Shown: positions 50,351 through 60,652, counted from the stretch's first letter. The stretch: 64,000 bases of DNA from Oceanispirochaeta sp. (GCA_963663385.2 CAXXXD010000004.1:1120001-1184000), one strand, 5' to 3'. A program made the numbers and translations. The notes: generated from the letters alone by a model not told the origin.

Positions 50351-51727
50351 TCAGGCTGTTGCTTTACTGGCTTTTTTTGACATTATCAGGGAAGCTTTCT
50401 GTATGTTGCGGCTGTTTATCCAGCTGCTCAGGGGGCCCATCACCAGGTAGGACACCGCCAAAGCCGTAAATATTCCTGTGAATCCATAGTAACGGGAACC
50501 CAGCATGGCAAGGGGGATATAGACCCCGAACATCTGCAGAAGGGTCAGCATGGCAGAGTGTACCGGTTTTTTCATAACATTCAGTGTGGTAACTGCAATC
50601 ATCATAATCCCCTGAAGACCGTAAGCCAAGGGAACAATTCTCAGATAGCGGAGAGCCACATTCACTACACCCGGATCATCATTGATCACTCTGATAAGGG
50701 GTTTTCCGGCTATCAGGAACAGCAGATAGATTCCCAGTCCATAGGCAAGGGAGAAGCTGTTGGAGATCTTTATTCCCCGCTTTACCCTGTTTTGAAAACC
50801 GGCGCCCCAGTTCTGACCGATAAATACGGGAATCACCGCAATCAGAGCATTAACGAGCATCAGGGCAAACATATCCAGTCTTGTGGCTACGCCGAAACCG
50901 GCTACCGCTTCCCGTCCATGAACCGCTATCAGGCCGGTGATTATTCCCGAACCGATGGGGATAATCATTTTAGACAGGATGTTGGGAATTCCCACATGAA
51001 GGAGTTCTTTCCAGACATTCAGAACCAGAGAGATCTTATGGTCTTTGAAAGAGATGACTTTTTCCCGGTGTATCAGGATATACCAGGCAACGCAGAAAGT
51101 GACTCCTCTGGACATTACAGTTGCCAGAGCGGCTCCGGAAACGCCCATTTCCGGGAAGGGGCCAATGCCGAAAATCAGGAGGGGGTCCAGTATCATATTC
51201 AGAACCGCCGCAATGAGCATGACCTGAGAGGGAGTCTTCGTATCGCCCATCCCCCGGATAGCCGAGTTGGCGGTCATGGGAATAACAACAAAGATAACCC
51301 CCCAGTACCAGATGCTCATATAATCCCGGATTACTTCCAGTGTTACCCTATCGGCTCCCAGAAGTGTAAAAATCGGTGTAATGGTAAGCTGACCGGCCAG
51401 GACGAAGAAGGCAACCGTCAGAAAGGAGAGGGCCAATCCCCAGGTAATAAGCCTAGTCTGTTTTTCCCGGTCCTGCCGTCCTGCCGCCCGGGATACGGCG
51501 GCTGTCATCCCGACACCCAGTCCATGGGCAATGCTGCCGATGATCATGACAACGGGAAAGGTAAAAGACAGGGCCGCCAGCTCCACCGTTCCCAGTTGTC
51601 CCACATAGTAGGTGTCCACCAGATTGAAGACCAGCATTCCGAGTATGCCGAGTGTCATGGGGGCGGTCAGTCTGGCCAGAACCGTTCCCTCTTTTTCGCT
51701 GGTTATCATTTTAGTATTTTTATTCAC
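50351..51727 (-). CDS. MATE family efflux transporter
   Basis: FNLVDTYYVGQLG, RGMGDTKTP, LDPLLIFG.GPFPEMGVSGAALAT. Confidence 0.9.
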   Translation of the reverse strand: MNKNTKMITSEKEGTVLARLTAPMTLGILGMLVFNLVDTYYVGQLGTVELAALSFTFPVVMIIGSIAHGLGVGMTAAVSRAAGRQDREKQTRLITWGLALSFLTVAFFVLAGQLTITPIFTLLGADRVTLEVIRDYMSIWYWGVIFVVIPMTANSAIRGMGDTKTPSQVMLIAAVLNMILDPLLIFGIGPFPEMGVSGAALATVMSRGVTFCVAWYILIHREKVISFKDHKISLVLNVWKELLHVGIPNILSKMIIPIGSGIITGLIAVHGREAVAGFGVATRLDMFALMLVNALIAVIPVFIGQNWGAGFQNRVKRGIKISNSFSLAYGLGIYLLFLIAGKPLIRVINDDPGVVNVALRYLRIVPLAYGLQGIMMIAVTTLNVMKKPVHSAMLTLLQMFGVYIPLAMLGSRYYGFTGIFTALAVSYLVMGPLSSWINSRNIQKASLIMSKKASKATA

Positions 51728-52215
51728 TTTTCATTTCTCCTGTGCTGTCTGCAGCAAACCTGTTCCTCTCCGTTGTGGGTGATGATATTTTCATACATGA
51801 TATGGAGATAATGCAGCGCTTCCTGCTCCTCTTCTTCACTCATCCCTTTACTGAGAATTCCCATGGAACTCTTCAATATTCTTCGAACCTCCGGTGCGAT
51901 GGTCCGTCCCTTTTCTGTCAGATAAAGGCGGTAGGAGCGTTTGTCCTCCGGGTGCTGTTCCGACCGGATATAGTCCTGTTCGCTCAGTTTGCGGATGGCC
52001 TTGGCTGTTGTGGCCTTATCAATGGCCAGCAGTTTGCTCAACTCTTTCTGGGTTACCCCTTCATTCCTTGCAATGTGATTAAAGAACAGGTACTGACCGC
52101 TGCCGAATCCGAAGGCGGTAAACTCCCTGTTCAGATGAATCTGGAGATGCCTGTAAATAGCGGAGATGTGATGCCCGAAGGATTTTTTTACGCATTTTCT
52201 CTTGTCACAAATCAT
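51724..52215 (-). CDS. MarR family regulator
   Basis: GVTQKELSKLLAIDKATTAKAIRKL, DKRSYRLYLTEKG. Confidence 0.88.
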   Translation of the reverse strand: MICDKRKCVKKSFGHHISAIYRHLQIHLNREFTAFGFGSGQYLFFNHIARNEGVTQKELSKLLAIDKATTAKAIRKLSEQDYIRSEQHPEDKRSYRLYLTEKGRTIAPEVRRILKSSMGILSKGMSEEEEQEALHYLHIMYENIITHNGEEQVCCRQHRRNEK

Positions 52216-52243
52216 TTTTCTACTCCCTTTCATCGCTCAAAAT

Positions 52244-52327
52244 TAGTATGCCATTGCAACTATCTATCTGAAATAATAGTAGGCTATTGCAACTAAGTCA
52301 AGAGAAAATAGTGTGTTATTGCAACTA
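52244..52327 (-). promoter_or_regulatory. Three tandem MarR-type operators overlapping the marR-MATE promoter
   Basis: TAGT-N5-ATTGCAACTA at 52244, 52277 and 52309; minus-strand TTGACT (52301-52296), 17 bp, TATTAT (52278-52273). Confidence 0.7.
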
Positions 52328-52405
52328 AATCACACCCGGTTCAATAGAAAAAAGTGCCGGGATGCTTCGAGAACTACGGGATGAACTTTAGTGATCCATA
52401 GATAC

Positions 52406-52434
52406 TTGACAAAAATATTTCTCCCCATTATGTT
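52406..52434 (+). promoter_or_regulatory. Sigma70 promoter of the rib operon
   Basis: TTGACA, 17 bp, TATGTT just upstream of the riboswitch. Confidence 0.65.
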
Positions 52435-52445
52435 GTGTTTAACAT

Positions 52446-52576
52446 GATTCTTCGGGGCAGGGTGAGCTTGTTAATAAGCAATTCCCTACCGGCGGTTAAA
52501 GCCCGCGAGCCTGTTGTAAACAGGTTGAACTGGTGAGATTCCAGTGCCGACAGTATAGTCTGGACGAGAGAAGAGT
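52446..52576 (+). ncRNA. FMN riboswitch (RFN element)
   Basis: GGGGCAGGGTGA..AATTCCCTACCGGCGGT..AGCCCGCGAG..CTGGTGAGATTCCAGTGCCGACAGTATAGTCTGGA.GAGAGAAG upstream of ribD. Confidence 0.95.
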
Positions 52577-52596
52577 AACGTATAAGTGGATTACCA

Positions 52597-52634
52597 TGCC
52601 CCGGACAGGTCCAATCTGTTCGGGGTATTTTTTT
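52597..52634 (+). terminator. Riboswitch expression-platform terminator
   Basis: TGCCCCGGACAGG...CTGTTCGGGGTA followed by a T-run. Confidence 0.7.
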
Positions 52635-52737
52635 GTTTGAAAGGATTTGGTGTCGCAGGGCATCAGATACTTTCTGATAGAAAATCCGCCCACCCGTCTT
52701 TTTTTCAATCACAGGCCCCGGAAAAGGGGCGTTATTC

Positions 52738-53844
52738 ATGCAAACAGATGAACTTTTTATGAGGAAAGCTCTGGATCGGGCCCGTCTGGGAGAGGGGAAG
52801 GTGCTTCCCAATCCCATGGTGGGGGCTCTGATTGTCCGGGACGGCAGAATCCTTGGACAGGGGCACCATGCCTGTTACGGCGGGATCCATGCCGAAGCGG
52901 CGGCCCTGCGGGACTGCCGGGAAGATCCGAAGGGGGCGACCCTCTATGTTACCCTTGAACCCTGCTGTCACAGGGGTGAGGGAAAACATAATCCGCCCTG
53001 TACGGATGCCATCCTGAAAGCGCAGATTTCCCGGGTTGTTATCAGCCGTCTGGATCCCAATCCCGCTGTTTCCGGCAGGGGCGCCGGTATTCTGAGGCAG
53101 AAAGGCGTTGAGGTTCACTGCGGGATTCTGGAAAAAGAGTCGGCCCGGCTGAACCGGGTGTATGAAACCCTGATCTGCACCGACAGACCGTACGTCCATC
53201 TGAAAGCGGCCCTGACTCTGGACGGATTTCTGGCTGCCGCCGACGGCAGTTCCAGATGGATCAGCGGGAGCGAATCCCGGGAGAAGGTGATGGCCTTCCG
53301 TTCCCGGTGCGACGGCATCCTGACCGGACGGGGCACCCTCTATGCGGATCTGCCGTCCCTGACGGTCCGTCATCCCGATAACAGCCACCGGAATGACCCG
53401 CAGCCTGCAAGGATTTTTCTCAGTACGAAAGGGCATATCCCCGGGGACTGGGAGAAGCCGGGCGGTCCTGTTCTTGTCTATCACGACAGGAGTGTTTCTC
53501 AGCCGGGTTGTCCGGAGTCTTTTCAATTCACCCCTGTCCCGGCAGGTGAAAACGGCCTTTCTCTTCCGGATGTCCTTTCCGACCTTCGCAGGCGGGGGAT
53601 ACGGCAGCTGCTGGTCGAGGGGGGATCCCGGGTGTACGGATCCTTTATCCGGAGCGGGCTCTGGGACAGACTGACCCTTTTCATCGCCCCTGTTCTTCTG
53701 GGCGAGGGAATCCCCTTTTCCGACGGACTGGATATCGGTTCCATAACTTCAAAACTGCATCTGAAAGACGTAAGCTCCGTCCCCAGCGGGGATGACATTA
53801 TGATCGACGGATACCGGGAGGCGCTGTCGTGTTTACCGGCCTGA
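52738..53844 (+). CDS. ribD: Riboflavin deaminase/reductase
   Basis: PNPMVGA, HAE, TLEPCCH..PPC, LVEGG. Confidence 0.95.
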   Translation: MQTDELFMRKALDRARLGEGKVLPNPMVGALIVRDGRILGQGHHACYGGIHAEAAALRDCREDPKGATLYVTLEPCCHRGEGKHNPPCTDAILKAQISRVVISRLDPNPAVSGRGAGILRQKGVEVHCGILEKESARLNRVYETLICTDRPYVHLKAALTLDGFLAAADGSSRWISGSESREKVMAFRSRCDGILTGRGTLYADLPSLTVRHPDNSHRNDPQPARIFLSTKGHIPGDWEKPGGPVLVYHDRSVSQPGCPESFQFTPVPAGENGLSLPDVLSDLRRRGIRQLLVEGGSRVYGSFIRSGLWDRLTLFIAPVLLGEGIPFSDGLDIGSITSKLHLKDVSSVPSGDDIMIDGYREALSCLPA

Positions 53845-54470
53845 TTCAATCTGTGGGTGTCATAAGGGGAACCCGGATAATCCCGGGCGGTTTTCTTCTG
53901 AATATACGCCACGGTTTCCCTGCCGCTCCGGAAAAAGGGGCCTCTGTTGCCGTAAACGGCGTCTGCCTGACCGTAACGGAGGACCGGCAGGGGATTTTCT
54001 CTGCGGAGTGTTACTGGGAAACCGCCCAGAAGACCAATCTGGACCGCCTGAAACCGGGAATGAATGTCAATCTGGAAATGTCGCTCCGGGCGGACGGGGC
54101 CCTGGACGGTCACCTTGTGCAGGGACATGTCTCTTCGGTTGTACAGGTGATACGGACGCTTAAACGGGGCAGGGGGCTGGAGCTGACGGTCTCTTATCCG
54201 CCGGAACACGCTGACGCTCTGATACCCGAAGGATCGGTTGCCCTGGACGGGGTAAGTCTGACTATAGCCGGTTTAGGGGCGGGGGAGCTGTCGGTTCAGC
54301 TGATAGGGGAAACCCTGGAGCAGACCACCCTGAAGGAGCGCCGCCCGGGGGACCTGGTCAATATGGAAACGGATTTTCTTCTGAGGCGGCGCCGCCTGCC
54401 CGGACGGAGTGAGAAGAACAAAGAGCAAACAATAACAATGGGCCGTCTGGCCGAATGGGGGTATGTATGA
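53829..54470 (+). CDS. ribE: Riboflavin synthase (alpha chain)
   Basis: MFTGLI, SVAVNGVCLT, GHLVQGHV, GSVALDGVSLT. Confidence 0.93.
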   Translation: MFTGLIQSVGVIRGTRIIPGGFLLNIRHGFPAAPEKGASVAVNGVCLTVTEDRQGIFSAECYWETAQKTNLDRLKPGMNVNLEMSLRADGALDGHLVQGHVSSVVQVIRTLKRGRGLELTVSYPPEHADALIPEGSVALDGVSLTIAGLGAGELSVQLIGETLEQTTLKERRPGDLVNMETDFLLRRRRLPGRSEKNKEQTITMGRLAEWGYV

Positions 54471-55699
54471 AAAAGACAAGACTGACTGTAGAAGAAGCGA
54501 TTGAGATTATAGGATCGGGGGGCATGATTATCATGACCGACGATGAAGACCGGGAAAATGAAGGGGATCTGGTAGGGGCGGCCCGTTTTGCCGATCCCGG
54601 TATGATCAATTTTATGGCTTCCCATGCGAAGGGACTGATCTGCTGCGCCATTGAAAAGAAGCTGTGCGAAAGGGCCGGTCTGGTTCCGCTTGATAGCAAT
54701 GACGGCCCGGATGCCATCCACGGGACGAAATTCTGCACGCCCATTGATGCGATCAGGGGCTGTGAAACAGGGATTTCCGCCTACGACCGGTCCACTACCC
54801 TCAAACGGCTGGTGGCGGCCGACTGTCACCCCGATGATTTTGCCCGGCCCGGCCATATGTTTCCCTGTATGGAAGCCGACGGCGGCCTTAAGGTACGTCA
54901 GGGGCATACGGAGGCTACGGTGGAACTCTGCCGTCAGGCCGGACTGGAAGGGGCCGCCGCCATTTGCGAAATTATGGACAACGACGGGACGATGGCCCGC
55001 TGGGACCGTCTGAACGAGATGGCCGCCGAGTGGAACCTGGGAATCCTGACCATTGAGGACCTGATGCTCTGGCTGGAAAAGAAGAAAAAAGAGGTGGAGA
55101 GCCTGCAGGATATACCTGTCAGACTCCCCACTGAGCGGGGGGATTTTCATATGGAATTCCTGACTCCCCGGGAGGGGGAACATAGTACGGGGGGGGATCA
55201 TATCTGTCTGGTCAGAAAGAGTGATTTTTTTGAAACCAATCCGGAGGGACCCCTTGTGCGAATCCATTCGGAGTGTCTGACGGGGGATCTTTTTGCTTCC
55301 AGCCGCTGTGACTGCGGAAAGCAGCTGGCGGTTTCTCAGCAGATGATCGAAGAAGAGGGCGAGGGCTACCTGATCTACCTCCGTCAGGAGGGCCGGGGAA
55401 TCGGGCTGAGAGCCAAAGCCGCCGCCTACCACCTGCAGGATGCCGGTCTGGATACTCTGGACGCCAATCTGAAACTGGGCTATGAGGCAGATGCCAGGAG
55501 CTACCGTTCCGCAGCGGCGTACCTGAAAGCGAAGGGGCTGAAAAATATCCGCCTTCTGACCAATAATCCCGATAAAATCCGCCAGCTGGAGAAAGAGGGC
55601 TTAAGGGTTACACGGGTTCCCCTGCTGATAGAAGCGGGGAAAGAGAACAGCCGCTATATAGAAACAAAACAGAACAGAATGGGCCATCTTTCGGCTTAA
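54467..55699 (+). CDS. ribBA: DHBP synthase / GTP cyclohydrolase II
   Basis: [46 protein letters not shown]. Confidence 0.95.
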   Translation: MKKTRLTVEEAIEIIGSGGMIIMTDDEDRENEGDLVGAARFADPGMINFMASHAKGLICCAIEKKLCERAGLVPLDSNDGPDAIHGTKFCTPIDAIRGCETGISAYDRSTTLKRLVAADCHPDDFARPGHMFPCMEADGGLKVRQGHTEATVELCRQAGLEGAAAICEIMDNDGTMARWDRLNEMAAEWNLGILTIEDLMLWLEKKKKEVESLQDIPVRLPTERGDFHMEFLTPREGEHSTGGDHICLVRKSDFFETNPEGPLVRIHSECLTGDLFASSRCDCGKQLAVSQQMIEEEGEGYLIYLRQEGRGIGLRAKAAAYHLQDAGLDTLDANLKLGYEADARSYRSAAAYLKAKGLKNIRLLTNNPDKIRQLEKEGLRVTRVPLLIEAGKENSRYIETKQNRMGHLSA

Positions 55700-55725
55700 T
55701 CAGAGATAAACAGGAGAATAAACGA

Positions 55726-56202
55726 ATGGACAATTTTAACAATGTAAAAGAAGGATACCTGAATGGAGAGGGGCTGAAGTTCACCCTGGTTGTGAGCCGG
55801 TTCAATGATCTGATTACCTCCCGGCTGGAAGAGGGCGCCATGGACTGCCTTGTCCGGCACGGAGTCAAAAAGGAGGATCTGAAGGTTATCCGGGTGCCCG
55901 GCGCTTTTGAAATCCCCCTGGCTGCGGCCTGGGCGGCAGATGAAAAGACCGATGGCGTTGTCTGTCTGGGCGCGGTTATCCGGGGAGGAACCCCTCACTT
56001 CGATTATGTTAGTGCAGAGGTTTCCAAAGGGGTGGCTTCGGTCTCCCTGGAGAAGAAACTGCCCATGGGATTCGGCGTACTGACCTGCGATACCATGGAA
56101 CAGGCTCTGGAAAGGGCCGGAGTCAAGGCGGGCAATAAGGGCTGGGAAGCCGCTGTTACCGCCCTGGAGATGGCGGCGCTGAGACGGGAAATGTCTGCCT
56201 GA
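55726..56202 (+). CDS. ribH: Lumazine synthase
   Basis: [31 protein letters not shown]. Confidence 0.95.
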   Translation: MDNFNNVKEGYLNGEGLKFTLVVSRFNDLITSRLEEGAMDCLVRHGVKKEDLKVIRVPGAFEIPLAAAWAADEKTDGVVCLGAVIRGGTPHFDYVSAEVSKGVASVSLEKKLPMGFGVLTCDTMEQALERAGVKAGNKGWEAAVTALEMAALRREMSA

Positions 56203-56330
56203 GCCCGATAAGGATGGAATTCCGGTTTCCCGGAGTCTCTGCCGGTATTCACTGGCAGAGAGGCTGGCGTATACCTTATTATTTAAAGAAGAAAATCAGA
56301 TTTTTTACTAATAGATAAGGAGAAAACTGA

Positions 56331-56855
56331 ATGAAGAAAATAGTCTTAATGACTCTTGCCTGCAGTTTGCTGTTTCTGGCTTGTGAGGCCACTTCCAGCG
56401 GCTCCGGCAGCGGGGGAAAAATTTCCGGTACCGTATCGATTACGGCAAAGGTCAAAGTCGGCAGTTTTTCCGGAGACTACTGGTTTACCGACGACTATAC
56501 GGGAGAGGAAGATGTTGTGTACCGGGAGTTTTCTGCGGGTACTACCGGGTCTTTTGCTCCCCTGGAGTACGTGGAACCTGACGAGAAGGGACGCTACACC
56601 CTGGCTCTGCCTTCGGATGTGACCGATACGGGGGATGTGATTGCCTGGATCGATGCAAACGGGGACGGCCTGTTTGACCTGGGAACAGAGGCCGGGTATT
56701 TCCCCATTAAGGAGATAGACGGAACCCTATATGTAGTCTCCTTCGGCTATATGATATTCGGGGATACGGAGACGTACCTTGTGTCCTACGGTACCGGTCA
56801 AAATGACGATATCGAACTGGTAGGGTATTCGGGGTATAATTTTACCCTGGACTGA
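56331..56855 (+). CDS. Hypothetical lipoprotein
   Basis: MKKIVLMTLACSLLFLAC lipobox, DANGDG Ca-binding-like motif, AGGAG SD. Confidence 0.7.
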   Translation: MKKIVLMTLACSLLFLACEATSSGSGSGGKISGTVSITAKVKVGSFSGDYWFTDDYTGEEDVVYREFSAGTTGSFAPLEYVEPDEKGRYTLALPSDVTDTGDVIAWIDANGDGLFDLGTEAGYFPIKEIDGTLYVVSFGYMIFGDTETYLVSYGTGQNDDIELVGYSGYNFTLD

Positions 56856-56951
56856 CGCCTTAATTATTCTCTCCTCCGCCCTGGCAGGGGGGATTTGACT
56901 TCCGCTCCCTTTTCCATGTCATAATGACGAAACCGGAATAAGGGAGAAATT

Positions 56952-57305
56952 ATGAAGAGCCTCTACCATATTGTCGACAGATCAATTTACAAAAAAGCTT
57001 CAGAGACGGGATTCTTCAGTCCGGACAGCGTTGCCGGCTAAGGTTCTATCCATTGCTCCTATGCGGAACAGGTCTGCCGGATTGCCAACTGGCTTTATAA
57101 AGATGAAACCGATTTGATTTTGCTGGAAATAGACCGGGACAGGACCGGCTGTAAAGTGGCAGACGAAGATCTTTGTGAAATGAATGAGTTGTTTCCCCAT
57201 ATATACGGCAGTCTGCCGAACAGTGCGGTGATTGCCCGGCATGAATTCAAAGCCGGTTCCGACGGGATATTCAGACTGCCTGGTTCTGTCGGGGTATCCT
57301 GCTGA
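56952..57305 (+). pseudogene. DUF952 family gene with an in-frame stop
   Basis: MKSLYHI..PDSVAG*GSIHCS..LLEID..LFPHIYG; in-frame TAA at 57039-57041 where the family has EGFIH. Confidence 0.75.
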
Positions 57306-57631
57306 GTTGTTCTAAATTATTCTAACAGTTACAAAATAATCTCATTATTAGTTGATATCGGTTGAGCGGGTGATGTCTGCTTGATTTATCTATGGCAGGG
57401 GTAATCCTGTTTTTGCCGTGGGAAGGGAGGCTTTACTGCGGTTTTTTGGTTTTAGCTAACTAAAGTTAGTATATATTTTACTTTTAAGAAGAGGGGCTTT
57501 GGTATAAAATGAAACTGGTTTTACGGATGCGCTGATGGGTTTCAGTGATTCGTCGATTATTTATAGGTTATGTAGACATTGTTGCAGGGTATTTTGTTTT
57601 AATGGGAATTACCTTGTTCAAGAGATAATAA

Positions 57632-57638
57632 GTTATAT
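57632..57638 (+). other. Cassette 5' boundary G|TTATAT (attI-like or upstream core site)
   Basis: GTTATAT is the exact complement of the R'' ATATAAC closing the same cassette; no attC left arm found upstream. Confidence 0.55.
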
Positions 57639-57681
57639 TCGCAGAATGGTTTAATATTTATTTATTATAAATGGAGAAACA

Positions 57682-58554
57682 ATGTTAATGTCTTTAGAAT
57701 TAACAATTTTAGCTGATACAAATTCAAAAATTGGAGAAGAATATAAAACAAATGGAGTTTCTTATTTAATCGAAATATATAATGATGAAAATTCAATAGA
57801 AATACTTTTTGATACAGGGTATGATGGAAAGCAATTAATTAATATTGCTGGAAAACTCAATAAAGATTTATCAAAAGTTAATAATATAATCTTAAGTCAT
57901 GGCCATTTCGATCATACTAATGGACTCTCAACTGTTCTTCATTCAAATAAAAATAAGCCGAAAATTTACTGCAATGAAAATATTTTTTACAAAAAAATAC
58001 TAAATTATAATACTCCTGATGCACGGGATATTGGTATTACTGCAAATAATGAGATTAAATTCATACAGAACAATACAAACATTCAATATATTAAAGAGAA
58101 TATGGAAATATTTCCAGGAGTCTGGACCATATCAAATATTCCCAGAAATATTGAAACAAATACAATTTCAGGAAATTTAACGAATGTATATAGGGAAAAT
58201 CCTGATGGAGATTATATCACGGATCCTATAGATGAAGATTCATCTCTACTCATAGAGCTAAATAAAGAAGAATTATTTCTTATCATTGGTTGCGGGCATA
58301 GCGGTATTAAAAATACTATCAAACACATTAATGACAATTTCAACGGAAAAAAAATAATCGGGATTGTAGGAGGATTACAACTTCATGATAAAGATATTAA
58401 GCAAATTGAAGATGTATATTCGTACATTAATAAGTTAAATTTAGAATATTTCTGTCCTATTCATAGCACTGGAGAAACAGCAATTAGTTTATTTAAAGAA
58501 AATATGGGAAAAGAATTTATAAGTGGTGGGGTTGGAACTGTAATATCAATATAA
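57682..58554 (+). CDS. MBL-fold metallo-hydrolase (COG1237-like) carried as an integron gene cassette
   Basis: LFDTG, LSHGHFDHTNG, GCGHSG, CPIHSTG; very AT-rich; stop 7 nt before attC R''. Confidence 0.85.
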   Translation: MLMSLELTILADTNSKIGEEYKTNGVSYLIEIYNDENSIEILFDTGYDGKQLINIAGKLNKDLSKVNNIILSHGHFDHTNGLSTVLHSNKNKPKIYCNENIFYKKILNYNTPDARDIGITANNEIKFIQNNTNIQYIKENMEIFPGVWTISNIPRNIETNTISGNLTNVYRENPDGDYITDPIDEDSSLLIELNKEELFLIIGCGHSGIKNTIKHINDNFNGKKIIGIVGGLQLHDKDIKQIEDVYSYINKLNLEYFCPIHSTGETAISLFKENMGKEFISGGVGTVISI

Positions 58555-58567
58555 AATCGGAATATAA

Positions 58568-60556
58568 ATCGGGTAGCCGGAGGCTTTTAACCTCCAGCCC
58601 CCACACCACCCTGCATGCGGGTCCGCACAGGGCGGTTCACTCCATGGAGCAAACGAAACTATAATTTGATCATGTGTAGCCCTGGATTTTACACCAGAGG
58701 GCCTTAATATTGATCAATCCTTGCTCTTCCAACCATTTATTGGACATAGCGGCATTGGTTGCATAGCCTTTTGACAGATGCCAGTAGGACTTACTACTTG
58801 CTCCTGTCATAATGGCAAAATCTTTCGGAATACCCAGCTCCATCAGTTTCCTGACTTTTGTTCTGGGGTAACGCCACTGTTTCCAGTAGCACATACGGAT
58901 TCTTCTTCTCAGCCATTCATCAATTGATTGTAGAGGTCTGTAATATTGGGAAATACCATAATAGTTCATCCACCCCCGGATATACTCGTTAAGTTTCCGG
59001 AATCGATATTCCATTGATACCCCCCAAGACCGTCTTGTCAAATGCTTTAACTGATATTGAAACTCCCGAAAGGATGATTCAGTCCATCGGATTTTCTTAC
59101 CCTTGAAAGTGAATCCCAGAAAACTGCATTCGGAGATTTTACACACCTTGCTTTTCTTCTGGTTTACAACCAATTTTAACCTGCGACTGAGATAATCACT
59201 TATTTCAGTCAATATAGCTTTTCCATCACACAGGCGTTTTGATACAATTAATGCATCATCTGCGTAACGTGCAAAGCACAGGTTTCTCCGTTCCAACTCC
59301 TTATCGAAATTATCAAGAAGGATATTGGAAAGTAGAGGTGATAACGGGCCTCCTTGAGGAGTCCCGATTTCAGTAGGGATTTTAATCCCATCCTTGTCCA
59401 TAATACCGGCTCTCAGGTAGCGGCCAATCAATTTCAGGACTGATTTGTCCCGGACTTTCTTAGCCACACAATGCATCAGAATATCGTGATTTACCGTATC
59501 AAAGAACTTTTCCAAGTCCAGATCAACTGCATACTTGTATCCCGATTTAACATAGGTATTTACCTGTCGTACTGCTCCGTGAGCCGATCTTCCCGGCCTG
59601 AATCCAAAACTGCTTTCCGAAAAATCCGAATCGAATAGAGGATTCAAAACCTGTGAAATAGCCTGTTGGATAACCCTGTCTAAAATAGTGGGAATACCCA
59701 GCATTCGCATACCTCCGGATCTCTTGGGGATTTCCACCCTGAGCACCGGAGAGGGTACATAGTACCCCAAAAGCAAAGCTTGCTTGATTTTACTCCATCT
59801 TCTGCGTAGATATTCCGGAAATTTCTCAATAGTCATGCCATTGACTCCCGGACTGCCGCCATTGCGTTTGACCTGTTTCCAGGCCTTACGCATGTTTTCA
59901 GATGATAAAATCAAATCCATCATAGAATCGTTCAAGGCTGGTTTCTCCATAATTCGCCAAAAGTTATTTCGGCCAGTGCTAAAATTGTTCCTTTGAGAAC
60001 CATAAGGCTCCTCCTTGTGAAATGTTCAGGCCTTCACCGTGAACCGGACATTACTCCGGGCGTTGGTTACTATGCCTTCTGCTGACTTCTGCCTGCTAAT
60101 CAACGAGATTGCTCCCGTTGATGCTATACCGTGCTTTTAAACCTGTGACGACTTATTTGTACTCAAGATAATCTTGCTCATTTCCAGAGTGTCACCCTCT
60201 GAAAAGCCGGGGATTGGTTTTCCGGTTCCCTACCGGATTCTCAGTTTAAAAGAACACATCACCGCCCCGCAGACAGATCTCCCCGAATAAGACTGTACAC
60301 TGTCCCCGGACAACCCTGTGATTTACCCTATTCCATACCCACGGGGCATCGTCATCATTGGCTGACTCGCCTCTGGAACTGAGCCTTCTATCACATTCTT
60401 GTACATGGGCTCCCGGTTTTGCATTCCGGCTTCCTCCAGACATTCCCTCGCGGAAATGCCCTTGCCTTCAGCTAACAGTTGGTATAGCATGTTCACTATA
60501 CGTGGGCACCTGTAGAGGACTTTCACCTCATTAGCGTACAGCCATGTCGGGCGTAC
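58568..60556 (-). mobile_element. Group IIC (attC-targeting) intron
   Basis: 5' GTACGCCC; short DV GAACCGCCCTGTGCGGACCCGCATGCAGGGTGGTGT (CGC triad); DVI ending ACCCGAT; antisense insertion in attC R''. Confidence 0.9.
58670..59950 (-). CDS. ltrA: Group II intron reverse transcriptase/maturase, no endonuclease domain
   Basis: LGIPTILDRVIQQA, SFGFRPGRS, DLEKFFD, GTPQGGPLSP, RYADD, FLGF, IRGWMNYY. Confidence 0.95.
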   Translation of the reverse strand: MEKPALNDSMMDLILSSENMRKAWKQVKRNGGSPGVNGMTIEKFPEYLRRRWSKIKQALLLGYYVPSPVLRVEIPKRSGGMRMLGIPTILDRVIQQAISQVLNPLFDSDFSESSFGFRPGRSAHGAVRQVNTYVKSGYKYAVDLDLEKFFDTVNHDILMHCVAKKVRDKSVLKLIGRYLRAGIMDKDGIKIPTEIGTPQGGPLSPLLSNILLDNFDKELERRNLCFARYADDALIVSKRLCDGKAILTEISDYLSRRLKLVVNQKKSKVCKISECSFLGFTFKGKKIRWTESSFREFQYQLKHLTRRSWGVSMEYRFRKLNEYIRGWMNYYGISQYYRPLQSIDEWLRRRIRMCYWKQWRYPRTKVRKLMELGIPKDFAIMTGASSKSYWHLSKGYATNAAMSNKWLEEQGLINIKALWCKIQGYT

Positions 60557-60652
60557 CAATCAAATGCAACTGTCAACTTTTTTGTCATAGTTTTTGAGTG
60601 CTCAAAAACTACGCCAACCCTACGGGACAAAGTTGCAGCTGATTTGGGCGTT

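Noticed and set aside
52244..52327. Three spaced repeats as a mini-CRISPR
   Set aside because: Repeats are 19 bp with 13-14 bp spacers, overlap a promoter and have no cas genes nearby; operator explanation fits better
57454..57638. AGCTAAC...GTTATAT as an upstream attC
   Set aside because: 185 bp long with no complementary L boxes or stem
57682..58554. Cassette gene as a metallo-beta-lactamase resistance gene
   Set aside because: No signal peptide; GCGHSG/HSTG motifs fit COG1237-type hydrolases rather than class B beta-lactamases
58670..59950. RT as a retron, DGR or defence RT
   Set aside because: Flanked by group II intron DV/DVI and 5' end, and carries a maturase domain
60246..60559. Short ORFs 60246-60443 and 60323-60559
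   Set aside because: Lie within the intron ribozyme domains
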